Source: a virus
Taxonomy: Duplodnaviria; Caudoviricetes
Length of the DNA: 50,042 bases
Strand: one strand, 5' to 3'
IMG/VR virus record: IMGVR_UViG_3300025133_000164
Span: 1 to 50,042 of that record
In this document: positions 18,893 to 27,615 of the stretch, piece by piece
How the letters are laid out: each line of letters opens with the position of its first letter
Position numbering within the stretch: the stretch's first letter is position 1
Program-made: the position numbers and the translations under genes
Notes under the pieces: generated by a model
What the model saw: only the letters and a program-made list of their open reading frames with translations
The model's database searches: none
Told to the model about the DNA's origin: nothing

Positions 18893-20764
18893 CTACAGGG
18901 GGGATCCGGTCGGGCTTCCTTGGAAGCCGGCTTCGATGTCGGCGGGCAGGGGCGAACCCTGAGCAGGCCCCGGACCACCCGTCGGGAGGGCGGGAGGCTC
19001 GACGCCGGGAGGGAGATCCCCACCGGCCATGTTCGGGAGCGCACCGACGGGGCCACCAGCGGCGGGCGGACCCTCCGGAGCCGGGGGCTGCATCTGCTGC
19101 ATCTCCATCTGCTCCAGCATCTGCTTCACCATCTGGAGCTTCTGGTCGTCGACCATGATGTCCGTCATCTGGAGCGCCTGGAGCATCTTCTGGTAGAGCT
19201 TGATCTTGTCGACGATGGGCGAGTTGACCAGCATCTCCATGAAGTTCTGCATGTTGTTCAGCTGGACGAGGCGGTTGTTCTCCGTCGGGGAGTAGGGCAC
19301 CACGTCGTAGTCGTAGTCGAAGACGCCTTCGCCTCGGAAGTCCCGAAGCTCCTTTGCCCCGATGGCACCCATGTCCTTCCGGGTGACGTTGACCACCTCG
19401 CGCGAGTCCGTCAGACGGATCGCAAGCTCGGCGTCGTCCGCCATGAACTCCTCGTAGAGCGAGACGGCGGCGTGCGACATCCAGCCCACGGTGTCGTAGA
19501 CCTCCTTCATCCGACGCCCGTTCCGCGTACGAGTAGCGGTGTCCGCGAGCGCCACCTCGGTAGCGACGTCGGTGGTACCGACCGCTCCACGGGTGTATGC
19601 CGGGATGCCGAGCACGAACTCGATGATCTCGATGCAGCGGGCACGCATCTTGTCGAAGCTGGGCGACAGCTGCGGAGTCGGAGTCTGGCCGATGATGTCC
19701 TGGAGCGGCACGTTGTGCCGGCCATTCAGCTGGACCATCATGCCAGGGCTGACCGCGTTCCGCAGAGCAGCCATCGCCTGCTCGACGTTGTCGCACAGCC
19801 CGGCGTTCACGAGCAGGACAGGGATGGTGGTGTGGACGAACCACAGCTCCAAGCTGTCGATCTCGTTCAAGCGCTCCTGCACCGGAGCGATGAGCTTCAC
19901 ATCGGAGACGCCACCGATGTCCTGGATGGCATCGTTGAAGGTCATCAGGTGGAAGTTGCGCTTCAGCAGCCGGTACGGGAGGTCGTCCGACATGAGCGCG
20001 TCGGGGACCTCGTCGGCGTAGTGGAAGACCTTGTCGACGGTGTAGTCGTGGAACTCGTAGACGATCACCCACTTGAAGGCGTCCTTCGCCGGCTTCCCGG
20101 AGAAGTGATCCTCCCGGACTTGGTCTCGCAACCACTCCGGGTAGCCGGTGGCCTGGACCTTGTCGGAGGTGGCCTTGTCGTAGACGCCCTTGCCCTTGCC
20201 CTTCTTGTAGCGGCCGGGCGTCTTCACCCGCTGCTTGAACTCGGACTTGGTCATCGTGGTGACGTGGATGAAGTAGCGGATGTTCTCCCACCGATCCGCC
20301 GTCATGTCGAACCACCCACGGCGGGGGTCGATGCTGACGAACTCGGGGCGCGAGCGCTTGAAGTTCCACACTGCCTTCTGGAGGCCACGTCCGGTGATGG
20401 ACGCCTGGGTCGCCATCCGCCAGATGGCCTTGTGAGCCTTCTGATCCTTCAGCGTCGTGTTGGCGAGAGCCTCCCGGAAGATGGCCATGGGCTGGAGGGC
20501 CTTCCGTCGAGCGTTCACCGTCACCTGCGGGTTCGTCGGGCAGACGTTCGCGACCATGGTGTCGATGTAGGCGTACGGGTAGTTGGTCTCCAGGCTGAGG
20601 TCGCCATCGGACTCGGCGTCGCCACCGCTACCGGAGGGGCTGTCGACCGCAGGAGCGTTGTACTCGGACAGATACCAGCTCTGGTACCGGTCCCACTCCT
20701 CCCGCTCGTCGCGAGCCTTCTCCTTGTGGATCTTGATGATGTCGAGGTGCTCGGAGGTGTCCAC
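18893..20764 (-). CDS. Portal protein (623 aa)
   Basis: Follows the terminase; TTDVATEVAL motif and a Q/M/P-rich C-terminal tail as in P22-type portals. Confidence 0.85.
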   Translation of the reverse strand: MDTSEHLDIIKIHKEKARDEREEWDRYQSWYLSEYNAPAVDSPSGSGGDAESDGDLSLETNYPYAYIDTMVANVCPTNPQVTVNARRKALQPMAIFREALANTTLKDQKAHKAIWRMATQASITGRGLQKAVWNFKRSRPEFVSIDPRRGWFDMTADRWENIRYFIHVTTMTKSEFKQRVKTPGRYKKGKGKGVYDKATSDKVQATGYPEWLRDQVREDHFSGKPAKDAFKWVIVYEFHDYTVDKVFHYADEVPDALMSDDLPYRLLKRNFHLMTFNDAIQDIGGVSDVKLIAPVQERLNEIDSLELWFVHTTIPVLLVNAGLCDNVEQAMAALRNAVSPGMMVQLNGRHNVPLQDIIGQTPTPQLSPSFDKMRARCIEIIEFVLGIPAYTRGAVGTTDVATEVALADTATRTRNGRRMKEVYDTVGWMSHAAVSLYEEFMADDAELAIRLTDSREVVNVTRKDMGAIGAKELRDFRGEGVFDYDYDVVPYSPTENNRLVQLNNMQNFMEMLVNSPIVDKIKLYQKMLQALQMTDIMVDDQKLQMVKQMLEQMEMQQMQPPAPEGPPAAGGPVGALPNMAGGDLPPGVEPPALPTGGPGPAQGSPLPADIEAGFQGSPTGSPL

Positions 20765-20837
20765 TTGTCAAGTCTCTTTCGGTAATATTCTCGCCGCCCA
20801 GCCCGTGGTGTGAGAAGGGAGCTTGGTGGGGCGCGAA

Positions 20838-22640
20838 TTACTTCCGTCGGCGGTTCCGACCCACCCTAACACGCTTCCGGCGGGACGATTCTCGGTGCCT
20901 TTCTTCCTTGAGGCGGTACTCCTGCACCTGATTCCAGGTCAGGTCCTTGAACAGGACAGCGTTTCCGGCCTTGTCGACCGCCTTTCGGGGCTTGATTCGC
21001 CTCGGAGCGAACCTCGCGCCCACCACTGCCATCATCAGGGCGCTGATCTTGTCCCAGTGGTGCCTGTCGCGGCGTCCCTTGCCCACCTTTCCGCGCGCTG
21101 TCTCCGCTCGGGCGCTGTCTTCGATGAGCTTGTCGTTCCGGTAGGTGACCAGCTGGCTGACGGTGTCCTTGTCGAGCAGAATCAGCTCGTCCTTCAGCCC
21201 GTCAGAGAGCCATCCGATCATCTCGTGGAGGCTCTTGCTGGTAGTGGCGAACCCAGGGCGGCGGGGCTTCTCGTAGAAGAGGTTCCGGTAGCCGCTCTGC
21301 TGGATGGAGGTGATCACGGCCTGTCCAACACCGTTGGACTCGACGATGATGTTGGCGTTGTTGTACCGCTCAGCCGTCAGGAGGAGGTGTCGGGTGAACT
21401 CCAGGGGAGGGCTGTGATCCGCGAAGGAAGCGACCTGGGTCCACTCCCCGTCCCACACCTTCAGCACCTGATAGGCGGCATGATCTCGGGCGGTGGAGCC
21501 TGCGGGGTCGACGCCGATGATGTACTGCGCCGCATCCTGCGGAGGTTCGAACTCCTTGTAGGGACCCTCCCACTCCTGGAGGTCCGGATTCTTCTGGTGC
21601 TTCTCGATGAGCGTCGGGTGGATGGCAGACCGGGAGGTGGCGACCCAGCAGGTGACGTCGTCGAAGGGGTAGAAGACGCGGAAGAGGTCGGGGTTCCGAC
21701 GGATCTCTGCGTCGGTGTCCAGCATCAGGCGCCGGAACTGGAGGTTGTCCCTCGTCAGGTAGATCCCGAACCTGCCGTGGGTGTCGGCGCTGTCGTCGGG
21801 GTTGCCGTTGGGGTTGCCGTACTGCTGGAGCATCTGAAGCTCCTCGTCGGTCAGCTTGTTCCGCTTGTCCCATGTACGGGCGTTCAGCTTCCCGTCCCAG
21901 AAGGGGAAGAAGCCGTAGACCAGCCGCCCCTTCCGGAGCTTGGCGTCCCGGCAGTGATCCTGCCACCACTCCACGGAGGGCTCGTCCGCCGGTGCGGGCG
22001 TCGCCTCGTTGATGACGAAGGCGTTGTCGCGCTGGATCATCGAGGGCCAGAAGTAGTTGAACTGCCCTGCCGCATCCGACCAGAAGGGAAGCTCGCTCCC
22101 GTGGAAGGAGTCGGGGGACTGCCCGATACCGACAGCGCCAGCCTCACCTGACAGGACGCGCATCCGCCCACCGACCTTGTCGTGGAAGGTCAGCTGGCGG
22201 CTCTCCCTCACAGGCAGCGTCGGGGCGCGTAGCTCCGCAGGCCATCGAGAGTGGAGGAAGTGGACACGGCGGTGGAGGTAGTCGGCGCGGTCCCTGGTAT
22301 CGGCGATCGTCAGATGGTCCCAGCCCGGAGTGTAGGCGGCCTTGGTGTAGCAGCCGTACTCGGCGGTCAGGGACTTGCCCCCCTGCCGGTAGCCGAGGCA
22401 GACATAGAAGGCGTTCTGCCCGTTGACCTGTGGAGGGTTCGACATGTACGCCAGCATCGACAGCTGGAGTCGGTGCGTGATCGCCTTGGGGTCGTAGTCG
22501 ACGAAGCTCGCGGTTCGGATGTCGTGGACCTGCCCCCACATGGGGAGGGACTGGATCGGAGACCGGAGCGTCGTGAGCAGCTTGCGCGCCGCAGCCTGCT
22601 GGGCCTTACTCGTGGAGCCAGGCTTGCTGAGGATGCTCAT
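20838..22640 (-). CDS. terL: Terminase large subunit (600 aa)
   Basis: Walker A YRQGGKS, Walker B FHGSE, coupling motif EAT, nuclease motifs GVDPAG, VESNGVG and HHWD. Confidence 0.92.
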   Translation of the reverse strand: MSILSKPGSTSKAQQAAARKLLTTLRSPIQSLPMWGQVHDIRTASFVDYDPKAITHRLQLSMLAYMSNPPQVNGQNAFYVCLGYRQGGKSLTAEYGCYTKAAYTPGWDHLTIADTRDRADYLHRRVHFLHSRWPAELRAPTLPVRESRQLTFHDKVGGRMRVLSGEAGAVGIGQSPDSFHGSELPFWSDAAGQFNYFWPSMIQRDNAFVINEATPAPADEPSVEWWQDHCRDAKLRKGRLVYGFFPFWDGKLNARTWDKRNKLTDEELQMLQQYGNPNGNPDDSADTHGRFGIYLTRDNLQFRRLMLDTDAEIRRNPDLFRVFYPFDDVTCWVATSRSAIHPTLIEKHQKNPDLQEWEGPYKEFEPPQDAAQYIIGVDPAGSTARDHAAYQVLKVWDGEWTQVASFADHSPPLEFTRHLLLTAERYNNANIIVESNGVGQAVITSIQQSGYRNLFYEKPRRPGFATTSKSLHEMIGWLSDGLKDELILLDKDTVSQLVTYRNDKLIEDSARAETARGKVGKGRRDRHHWDKISALMMAVVGARFAPRRIKPRKAVDKAGNAVLFKDLTWNQVQEYRLKEERHRESSRRKRVRVGRNRRRK

Positions 22641-23053
22641 TCGGCTGCCGCCATCTCAGAGAGGATGGCTTCCGCCTCGTCCATCAAGTCGAGGGTGACC
22701 GCGACCTTCTGGTCCTCCAGCTGGGCGGGCTCCGCTGCCACCTCGATGGCACCCGCCCGGCGCGCCTGCTCCAGGTGGGCCTCCCGACTCTCCCCCTCGT
22801 TGGCGAGGGTGATGAGCTGGTTGATCTGGACCACGTTCCCCCCCGCCTCTGCGGGGCGACCAGCGGCGATGCACGCGAGGCAGAACTCCATGTGAGCACG
22901 CAGCTCCTTGGAGATCGTAGACTTCAGCTGCCCCTGGACCAGAGCGAGCATGACCTCCCGCGACAGGTCGATCAGGTCTTCGGGCTCCCGGATCTCCTCC
23001 CGCAGCATGGGGAGGTCGGCGGGCGGAGTCGGCGGTCGGGGGTTGCGCGCCAT
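22637..23053 (-). CDS. Putative terminase small subunit (138 aa)
   Basis: ATG at 23053 with GAGG RBS; ATGA overlap with terL; helical. Confidence 0.55.
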   Translation of the reverse strand: MARNPRPPTPPADLPMLREEIREPEDLIDLSREVMLALVQGQLKSTISKELRAHMEFCLACIAAGRPAEAGGNVVQINQLITLANEGESREAHLEQARRAGAIEVAAEPAQLEDQKVAVTLDLMDEAEAILSEMAAAE

Positions 23054-23128
23054 GTCTTCCTCGTTGTATACAGCGTAGTACCACACTGGGGACTGCCCAG
23101 GGGTGAGAGAATCGACTATGGAGGATCG

Positions 23129-23443
23129 ATGCCTGAGTCTACCCGGTCCGATGCGCAGCTGACTGAAGCCGTTGAGGGCCTTGCGGAAGAGAAGCTCCGG
23201 GCATGGGAAAGGGAAGAGGAAGAGTTGCGCGCCGCACGAGTCGGTGAGCACAACACCTCCAAACTCGTCTCCGCCCGCATCCCCTACCTCCTGCTGGAGG
23301 ACGTCCGAGACTTCCAGGCGTACCTCGCAGGTCGACTCCCTCCGGAGGCGGCGAACACCGTCAACCGGACGACCGCCCTGACCGTCCTCCTCCGGTGGGG
23401 GCTGGCGAAGTGGCGACAAGAACACGGCACCACGGGCGGATAG
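23129..23443 (+). CDS. Putative ribbon-helix-helix DNA-binding protein (104 aa)
   Basis: GGAGG RBS. KLVSARIP (strand), YLLLEDVRDF (helix) and VNRTTALTVLLRWGL (helix) fit the RHH pattern. Divergent from the packaging genes. Confidence 0.55.
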   Translation: MPESTRSDAQLTEAVEGLAEEKLRAWEREEEELRAARVGEHNTSKLVSARIPYLLLEDVRDFQAYLAGRLPPEAANTVNRTTALTVLLRWGLAKWRQEHGTTGG

Positions 23444-23569
23444 CCGGTGCCCTGCCGGACCCTACCAACCGTAGGACTTGTCACACACGCTGACGGGATG
23501 GCCCGAGAGGTCGGCGAGGTGTGTGGATCCCCATCTTCGGTGGTGGCCGGACGGCTCGCGGGGTTGTAG

Positions 23570-24361
23570 ATGCCTCCGACTTGGAGTCCGTTCTCGGCGA
23601 TCGCTGGTCTGAGTCTCGCCGGTCGGCAGTGTCCGCCCGCTGGCTACTTCGACCTCGTCTTGGCGGTGCGCAGGTTCCCGCCCTACCTCAAGGGGCGCAG
23701 CCTCCAGCACACGGGGGTGTCGAAGTTCTACTTCAGGCACTTCAGGGAGGTCTCTCGCCTCAACCACTACCGGAATCGCCTGCTCACCGCCCCTACGGAC
23801 TGGCCCCCGATGGTGCGCGCTGCCTTTCGGCTCCGTTCACCGCCCACGCCCTACGAATGCGCGTGCTGCATGATCATGGATCCGCCCGGTACGCTCTCCT
23901 ACTGGAGGGGCGCGCACCAAAAGGACCTCCCGCTCGACCTGCGCCGCCGGCATTGGGCCCTCTGGTGGGGCTTCCTGGTAGGCTTTCCGCTACCCTACCT
24001 GGAGCGTCAGCTCGGACTCGACCCCATCCCCACGCTCTCTGCCCAGGTGCGCTGGATGATGACGTCCTCCCTACGCTTTGCAGCGTGGGCGCTGTCTTCC
24101 GACCTCACCCCAGCCGCCGTTTCGCCCTGGGAAGCGAAGGCCATCCTCGGGATCCAGACCGGCACCTCCTTCACAGCCTACGGAAAGACCGGCCCAGATG
24201 GAGGGACCTCCAGATCAGCAGGATGGCACCTGCCAACCCACGCCGCACAACGAGTCCTACGCTCCCCCCTGGTGAGAAGCCAGCTTCTATCTGGGGTTGC
24301 ACTGCATCCAATCCCACGCCCAGTGTATAGACCGGGCCTGGTATTCGGAGGACCAGAGTAA
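23570..24361 (+). CDS. Hypothetical protein (263 aa)
   Basis: Long ORF with plausible codon bias; no clear family; start uncertain. Confidence 0.55.
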   Translation: MPPTWSPFSAIAGLSLAGRQCPPAGYFDLVLAVRRFPPYLKGRSLQHTGVSKFYFRHFREVSRLNHYRNRLLTAPTDWPPMVRAAFRLRSPPTPYECACCMIMDPPGTLSYWRGAHQKDLPLDLRRRHWALWWGFLVGFPLPYLERQLGLDPIPTLSAQVRWMMTSSLRFAAWALSSDLTPAAVSPWEAKAILGIQTGTSFTAYGKTGPDGGTSRSAGWHLPTHAAQRVLRSPLVRSQLLSGVALHPIPRPVYRPGLVFGGPE

Positions 24362-24598
24362 GAAGCAGGGGAGATAGTAGGACCCCCAAAACGCTCCCCG
24401 CATGAAGGGACATGTCCGGCTTTAAAAAACCGGCCCCCCAAAGGGGGGGGTACCCCCCTCCCGCGCAGGGGCTGGAGGGCTCACTGCGCAGGTGTTCAGG
24501 TGCACGGATGCGCAGGTGAACGGGGTAGCGCCTGAACGGGCGCACCGCTGCGCACGTGTTCACCGGGGAAACCCCCCCCGATCCCCCCGGGCTCCAGG

Positions 24599-24698
24599 TG
24601 CGAAAACCGTTACGCACCCCCCCGGCCCTAAGTGCTCGAGATCCTTACGGTTTTCGGTAGTGCGTAGCGGGCTACGCAGGTGCGAACGGGATTACGCA
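24599..24698. promoter_or_regulatory. Three palindromic TGCG-N10-CGCA sites (candidate enhancer/UAS)
   Basis: tgcgaaaaccgttacgca (24599-24616), tgcgtagcgggctacgca (24661-24678), tgcgaacgggattacgca (24681-24698). Confidence 0.6.
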
Positions 24699-24730
24699 CC
24701 AACGATCGCCGTAAGTGCCTGAAATCATTA
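24629..24730 (+). promoter_or_regulatory. Two IHF-like sites
   Basis: taagtgctcgagatcctta (24629-24647) and taagtgcctgaaatcatta (24712-24730) loosely match the reverse IHF consensus YAA-N4-TTGATW. The same motif recurs at 33.4-33.85 kb. Confidence 0.45.
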
Positions 24731-24739
24731 GGGTTTCCG

Positions 24740-24756
24740 CTGGCACGGGGCTTGCA
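24740..24756 (+). promoter_or_regulatory. Sigma-54 (-24/-12) promoter of the early operon
   Basis: CTGGCACGGGGCTTGCA matches YTGGCACG-N4-TTGCW with exact GG-N10-GC spacing; intergenic and facing the early genes. Confidence 0.75.
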
Positions 24757-24932
24757 CTACTTGCCCTCCCCCCTGGCGTCGGTCAGGGGGCGGCCCGCTC
24801 CTTCTCAGTCCCCCATACGTGTGTGTGCTGCTCTCCCTGAGAGACAGGCTCCAGGCTCAGTCTGGAGTCTCTCTCTCAGGTGAGAGCCTGAGACAGGAAC
24901 CACGGTGGTTCCTGCACTGTAGAGAGAACATC

Positions 24933-25445
24933 ATGGACAACAACAAGTCCAAGAGCAAGTCCAAGAGCAAGTCCAACGGTTCGAAGAACATCGTGACCCG
25001 TGTCCAGTTCAGCGAACACAAGGTGGTCTTCCTGCCCTGCTGGTCGCCCGTCAAGGGGTCGGCCACGGACGAGGATGGCAACAAGTGCCTGCCGGCGTTC
25101 AAGCCGACCGGCTTCGTCGTGGCCCTGGAAGGGCCCGACGGAACGCTGACCATCGACCGCAACTGCGGAAACGGCCCCCGCCACGAGGATGCGCAGGACA
25201 AGAGCCTGTTCCCCTCCGGCCCGCGCTTCTGGTCCGCCGTCGCTCCCGGCTTCGCGTCGGGCACCGCGAAGGTGTCGTGGTTCGACCGCCAGCGCGACGC
25301 GGCACAGGATGCGGCGGAGCGCATCTGGCCGGACCTCTTGAACGTCGCACCGGAGGACGTCTCCATCGCCGACCGTGAGGCGGAAGCGGCCCGACTGGAG
25401 GCCGAATTCCGCGCTGAACTGCGCAAGTCGCTGGGGCTGGACTGA
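24933..25445 (+). CDS. First early protein, hypothetical (170 aa) with N-terminal (KS)n repeat
   Basis: ATG at 24933; very strong codon bias; a 12-bp tandem caagtccaagag encodes KSKS. Confidence 0.75.
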   Translation: MDNNKSKSKSKSKSNGSKNIVTRVQFSEHKVVFLPCWSPVKGSATDEDGNKCLPAFKPTGFVVALEGPDGTLTIDRNCGNGPRHEDAQDKSLFPSGPRFWSAVAPGFASGTAKVSWFDRQRDAAQDAAERIWPDLLNVAPEDVSIADREAEAARLEAEFRAELRKSLGLD

Positions 25446-25615
25446 GAGAGGAGAGAGGGGAGAGCAGCACACCACGTAGGGAACCCCGAACGGCTCCACC
25501 CGGAAACGGGTGGGGCCAGTTTCGGTCCAGGCTCGACAGCCTGTAGCTAAGAATCCAGGGCGTGCTTCCTGGGTTCCTACCTGCCTACTGTCAGCGGCAG
25601 CGAAAGGAAGACACA

Positions 25616-25834
25616 ATGCGAACGGCAACCCTCGCGAACCGGACGCGCGACCTGTACGCAGGTGCAGCTATCTGCCTGTACCGGCGCCAGTCCAGCATCG
25701 CCAACAGCATCGGCTCGACGGCGGACAAGATGCACCGCCAGCTGGAAGGGGTGAAGCTGGACAGCTGGGTGCGCGACGACCTGGAGAAGGAACGTCGGAA
25801 GTGGCAGGAAGCCCTCGCTGAGCACCGCTCGTAG
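25616..25834 (+). CDS. Hypothetical early protein (72 aa)
   Basis: AAAGGAAG RBS before the ATG at 25616. Confidence 0.7.
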   Translation: MRTATLANRTRDLYAGAAICLYRRQSSIANSIGSTADKMHRQLEGVKLDSWVRDDLEKERRKWQEALAEHRS

Positions 25835-25936
25835 TCAGACGGGAGGGGAGACGCTGGGTTCTACCTGGCTTCTCCCTTCTCGCCTGTCTACTGACAGGGG
25901 CCAGCCACGGTGGCTGGTCTACCCTTGGAGCTACCC

Positions 25937-26059
25937 ATGCTTCCCACGATCTACCTGCTCGCCATGCTGGTGAGTGAACAGGCCGAAGAAGACAGCGCCA
26001 CCCACTACGTGGTGACGGACAACGACACGCAGGACCAGACGCCCCCGGCGGACTCCTGA
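25937..26059 (+). CDS. Small acidic protein (40 aa)
   Basis: GGAG RBS; MLPTIYLLAML...; TGATG overlap with the next gene; below the ORF-track size cutoff. Confidence 0.5.
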   Translation: MLPTIYLLAMLVSEQAEEDSATHYVVTDNDTQDQTPPADS

Positions 26060-26397
26060 TGCCCCGTCCCTGGCATCTGGCCGAACAGGCCGTCATCGCC
26101 CGTAGGGAGGGGCGAGTCTCCGACGCTCTCTTCCTGTTCCGTGCTGCTGCTGAGCAGTCCAGGCGAGAGAGCGAGAGCGGGCGGGCGACCGACCCCTCCG
26201 GTCTGGCCGCTGTCCAGTACGACAGCGCAGCGGAGGCACTGCTCTCCAAGCTGCCCGATGGTGTGACCGAAGCCTCCCTGTCGGGTCACAGCTACGCTCC
26301 CTCCCTGGTGCACGCCGGAGAAGAGGTGTGCAAGCGCTGTCAGGTCGTCATCGCTGTCGGTGACAGCCAGGCCGGTGTGTGTGGGGGTGTCCGATGA
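26059..26397 (+). CDS. Hypothetical protein (112 aa), C-terminal Cys/His motif
   Basis: Coupled ORF with H..CKRC..C. Confidence 0.6.
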   Translation: MPRPWHLAEQAVIARREGRVSDALFLFRAAAEQSRRESESGRATDPSGLAAVQYDSAAEALLSKLPDGVTEASLSGHSYAPSLVHAGEEVCKRCQVVIAVGDSQAGVCGGVR

Positions 26398-26570
26398 CCG
26401 CCTTCGCTTCCGTGGACAAGCTGATGCTGCTCGTCATCCTGTGGTCGTCCTTCGGTGTCTGCCTGGGCATGGTCGGGGCCAACGTGGAGCGTCTCTTCAA
26501 GAGCAGCGCCGACAGTGAGGGCGAGTCGACCTACTTCCTGCTCGACAGGGGGAGTGATGGACGGGAGTGA
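26394..26570 (+). CDS. Small membrane protein (58 aa)
   Basis: ATGA overlap; one hydrophobic segment. Confidence 0.55.
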   Translation: MTAFASVDKLMLLVILWSSFGVCLGMVGANVERLFKSSADSEGESTYFLLDRGSDGRE

Positions 26571-26733
26571 CCAGCTGGTCCTGGCGCTGGCACTGGTAGT
26601 GGTGCTCCTCTTCGGGTGGGCATGGTCGACCCAAGCTGAGTGCGTCCAGGCTTGCCTCCCCTACCGGGGAGAGGCGCACACCTTCGGGTGCTTCTGCGAC
26701 ACGACCAAGCGCCAGTCTCAAGGGCTGGACTGA
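26557..26733 (+). CDS. Small membrane-anchored Cys-rich protein (58 aa)
   Basis: GGGGGAG RBS; TM helix followed by CxxxC...CFC. Confidence 0.55.
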   Translation: MDGSDQLVLALALVVVLLFGWAWSTQAECVQACLPYRGEAHTFGCFCDTTKRQSQGLD

Positions 26734-26806
26734 GACGGGAGAGCAGGGGGCTACGCTACGGCGTGGCTCCCTGCCTTCTCGCCTCTACTACTGGAAGGGA
26801 GAGAGC

Positions 26807-27103
26807 ATGAAGAACATCGAAGTCGTGCGCGCCTGGCTGGCTGGTCAGGCTGCTGTCAACGGCGGAGCAACCCTGCGTACGGACGGGCGCTCCCTGTGGA
26901 GCTACGATCTGCTCATTGGGGACAGCGCCGTCGGCGAGAGCCGACACTTCTGCCTGGACTACAGGGGAGAGGTGTCCCACACCACGTCGTGTCACATCTG
27001 GCTGTGTGTGCGGCTGAGCGTCCCGCTCATCAAGCCGCCCCGGTTCCTGGTGGAGCAAGCGAAGAGCCAGCTGTCAACGGACTGGCCCATGGAGGTGAAG
27101 TGA
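26807..27103 (+). CDS. Conserved-looking phage early protein (98 aa)
   Basis: Strong RBS; TDG..LWSY...IG and S.TTS.H motifs that I recall from small phage early proteins. Confidence 0.7.
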   Translation: MKNIEVVRAWLAGQAAVNGGATLRTDGRSLWSYDLLIGDSAVGESRHFCLDYRGEVSHTTSCHIWLCVRLSVPLIKPPRFLVEQAKSQLSTDWPMEVK

Positions 27104-27501
27104 TGGCAGCCTACAGCAGCTGGGCCTACGAGGTGCAGGAGCCCAACCAGAACGTCGAGGTGAACGTCGACGTCGACGGCGAAGCTGAGATGGAGGTGGA
27201 CGGTGGTGACCTGGGCACACACAACGTGTGTGGTTCCGTCAGCCTCGTCGACGAGGACGCGAGCTACGTCAACAGCTGCACCGTGGAGTTCACCGCTGAG
27301 GAGGTGGCTCTCTGCCTGGGGTGGGAGGATGCAGTGGAACTGGCTGGTGAACTGCTCGTGGCTGCCATGCTGGAGAACGGGGTGAAGACCTACGCTGAGA
27401 TGCTGGAGCTTCTGGGGTCGGCGGCTGCCGGGTGCCTGGGCAACGGCATGGCGGAGGGTGTCGCTCACCTGGACGTGGGTGCGCTGGGTCCGAAGGGCTA
27501 A
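27103..27501 (+). CDS. Acidic hypothetical protein (132 aa)
   Basis: GGAGG RBS and TGATG coupling; very D/E-rich. Confidence 0.7.
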   Translation: MAAYSSWAYEVQEPNQNVEVNVDVDGEAEMEVDGGDLGTHNVCGSVSLVDEDASYVNSCTVEFTAEEVALCLGWEDAVELAGELLVAAMLENGVKTYAEMLELLGSAAAGCLGNGMAEGVAHLDVGALGPKG

Positions 27502-27615
27502 GCCTGGGGTGGACGAGAGAGTAGGGCTGGCTTGGCCCTACTCTTTCGCCTGTCAACAGGAACGTTGAACGGGTACAGCTGGCGCGGTGCTGGCTGTAAG
27601 AAGGGAGAGAGAAAG

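Noticed and set aside
20766-20771. TTGACA just upstream of the portal start
   Set aside because: No -10 element at 16-18 bp spacing.
873-22895. Long plus-strand ORFs (e.g. 873-3122, 3221-5437, 10469-12091, 12633-13814, 18686-20785, 20823-22151)
   Set aside because: Antisense shadows of strongly GC3-biased minus-strand genes; L/V/G/R/H-rich with no motifs or RBS.
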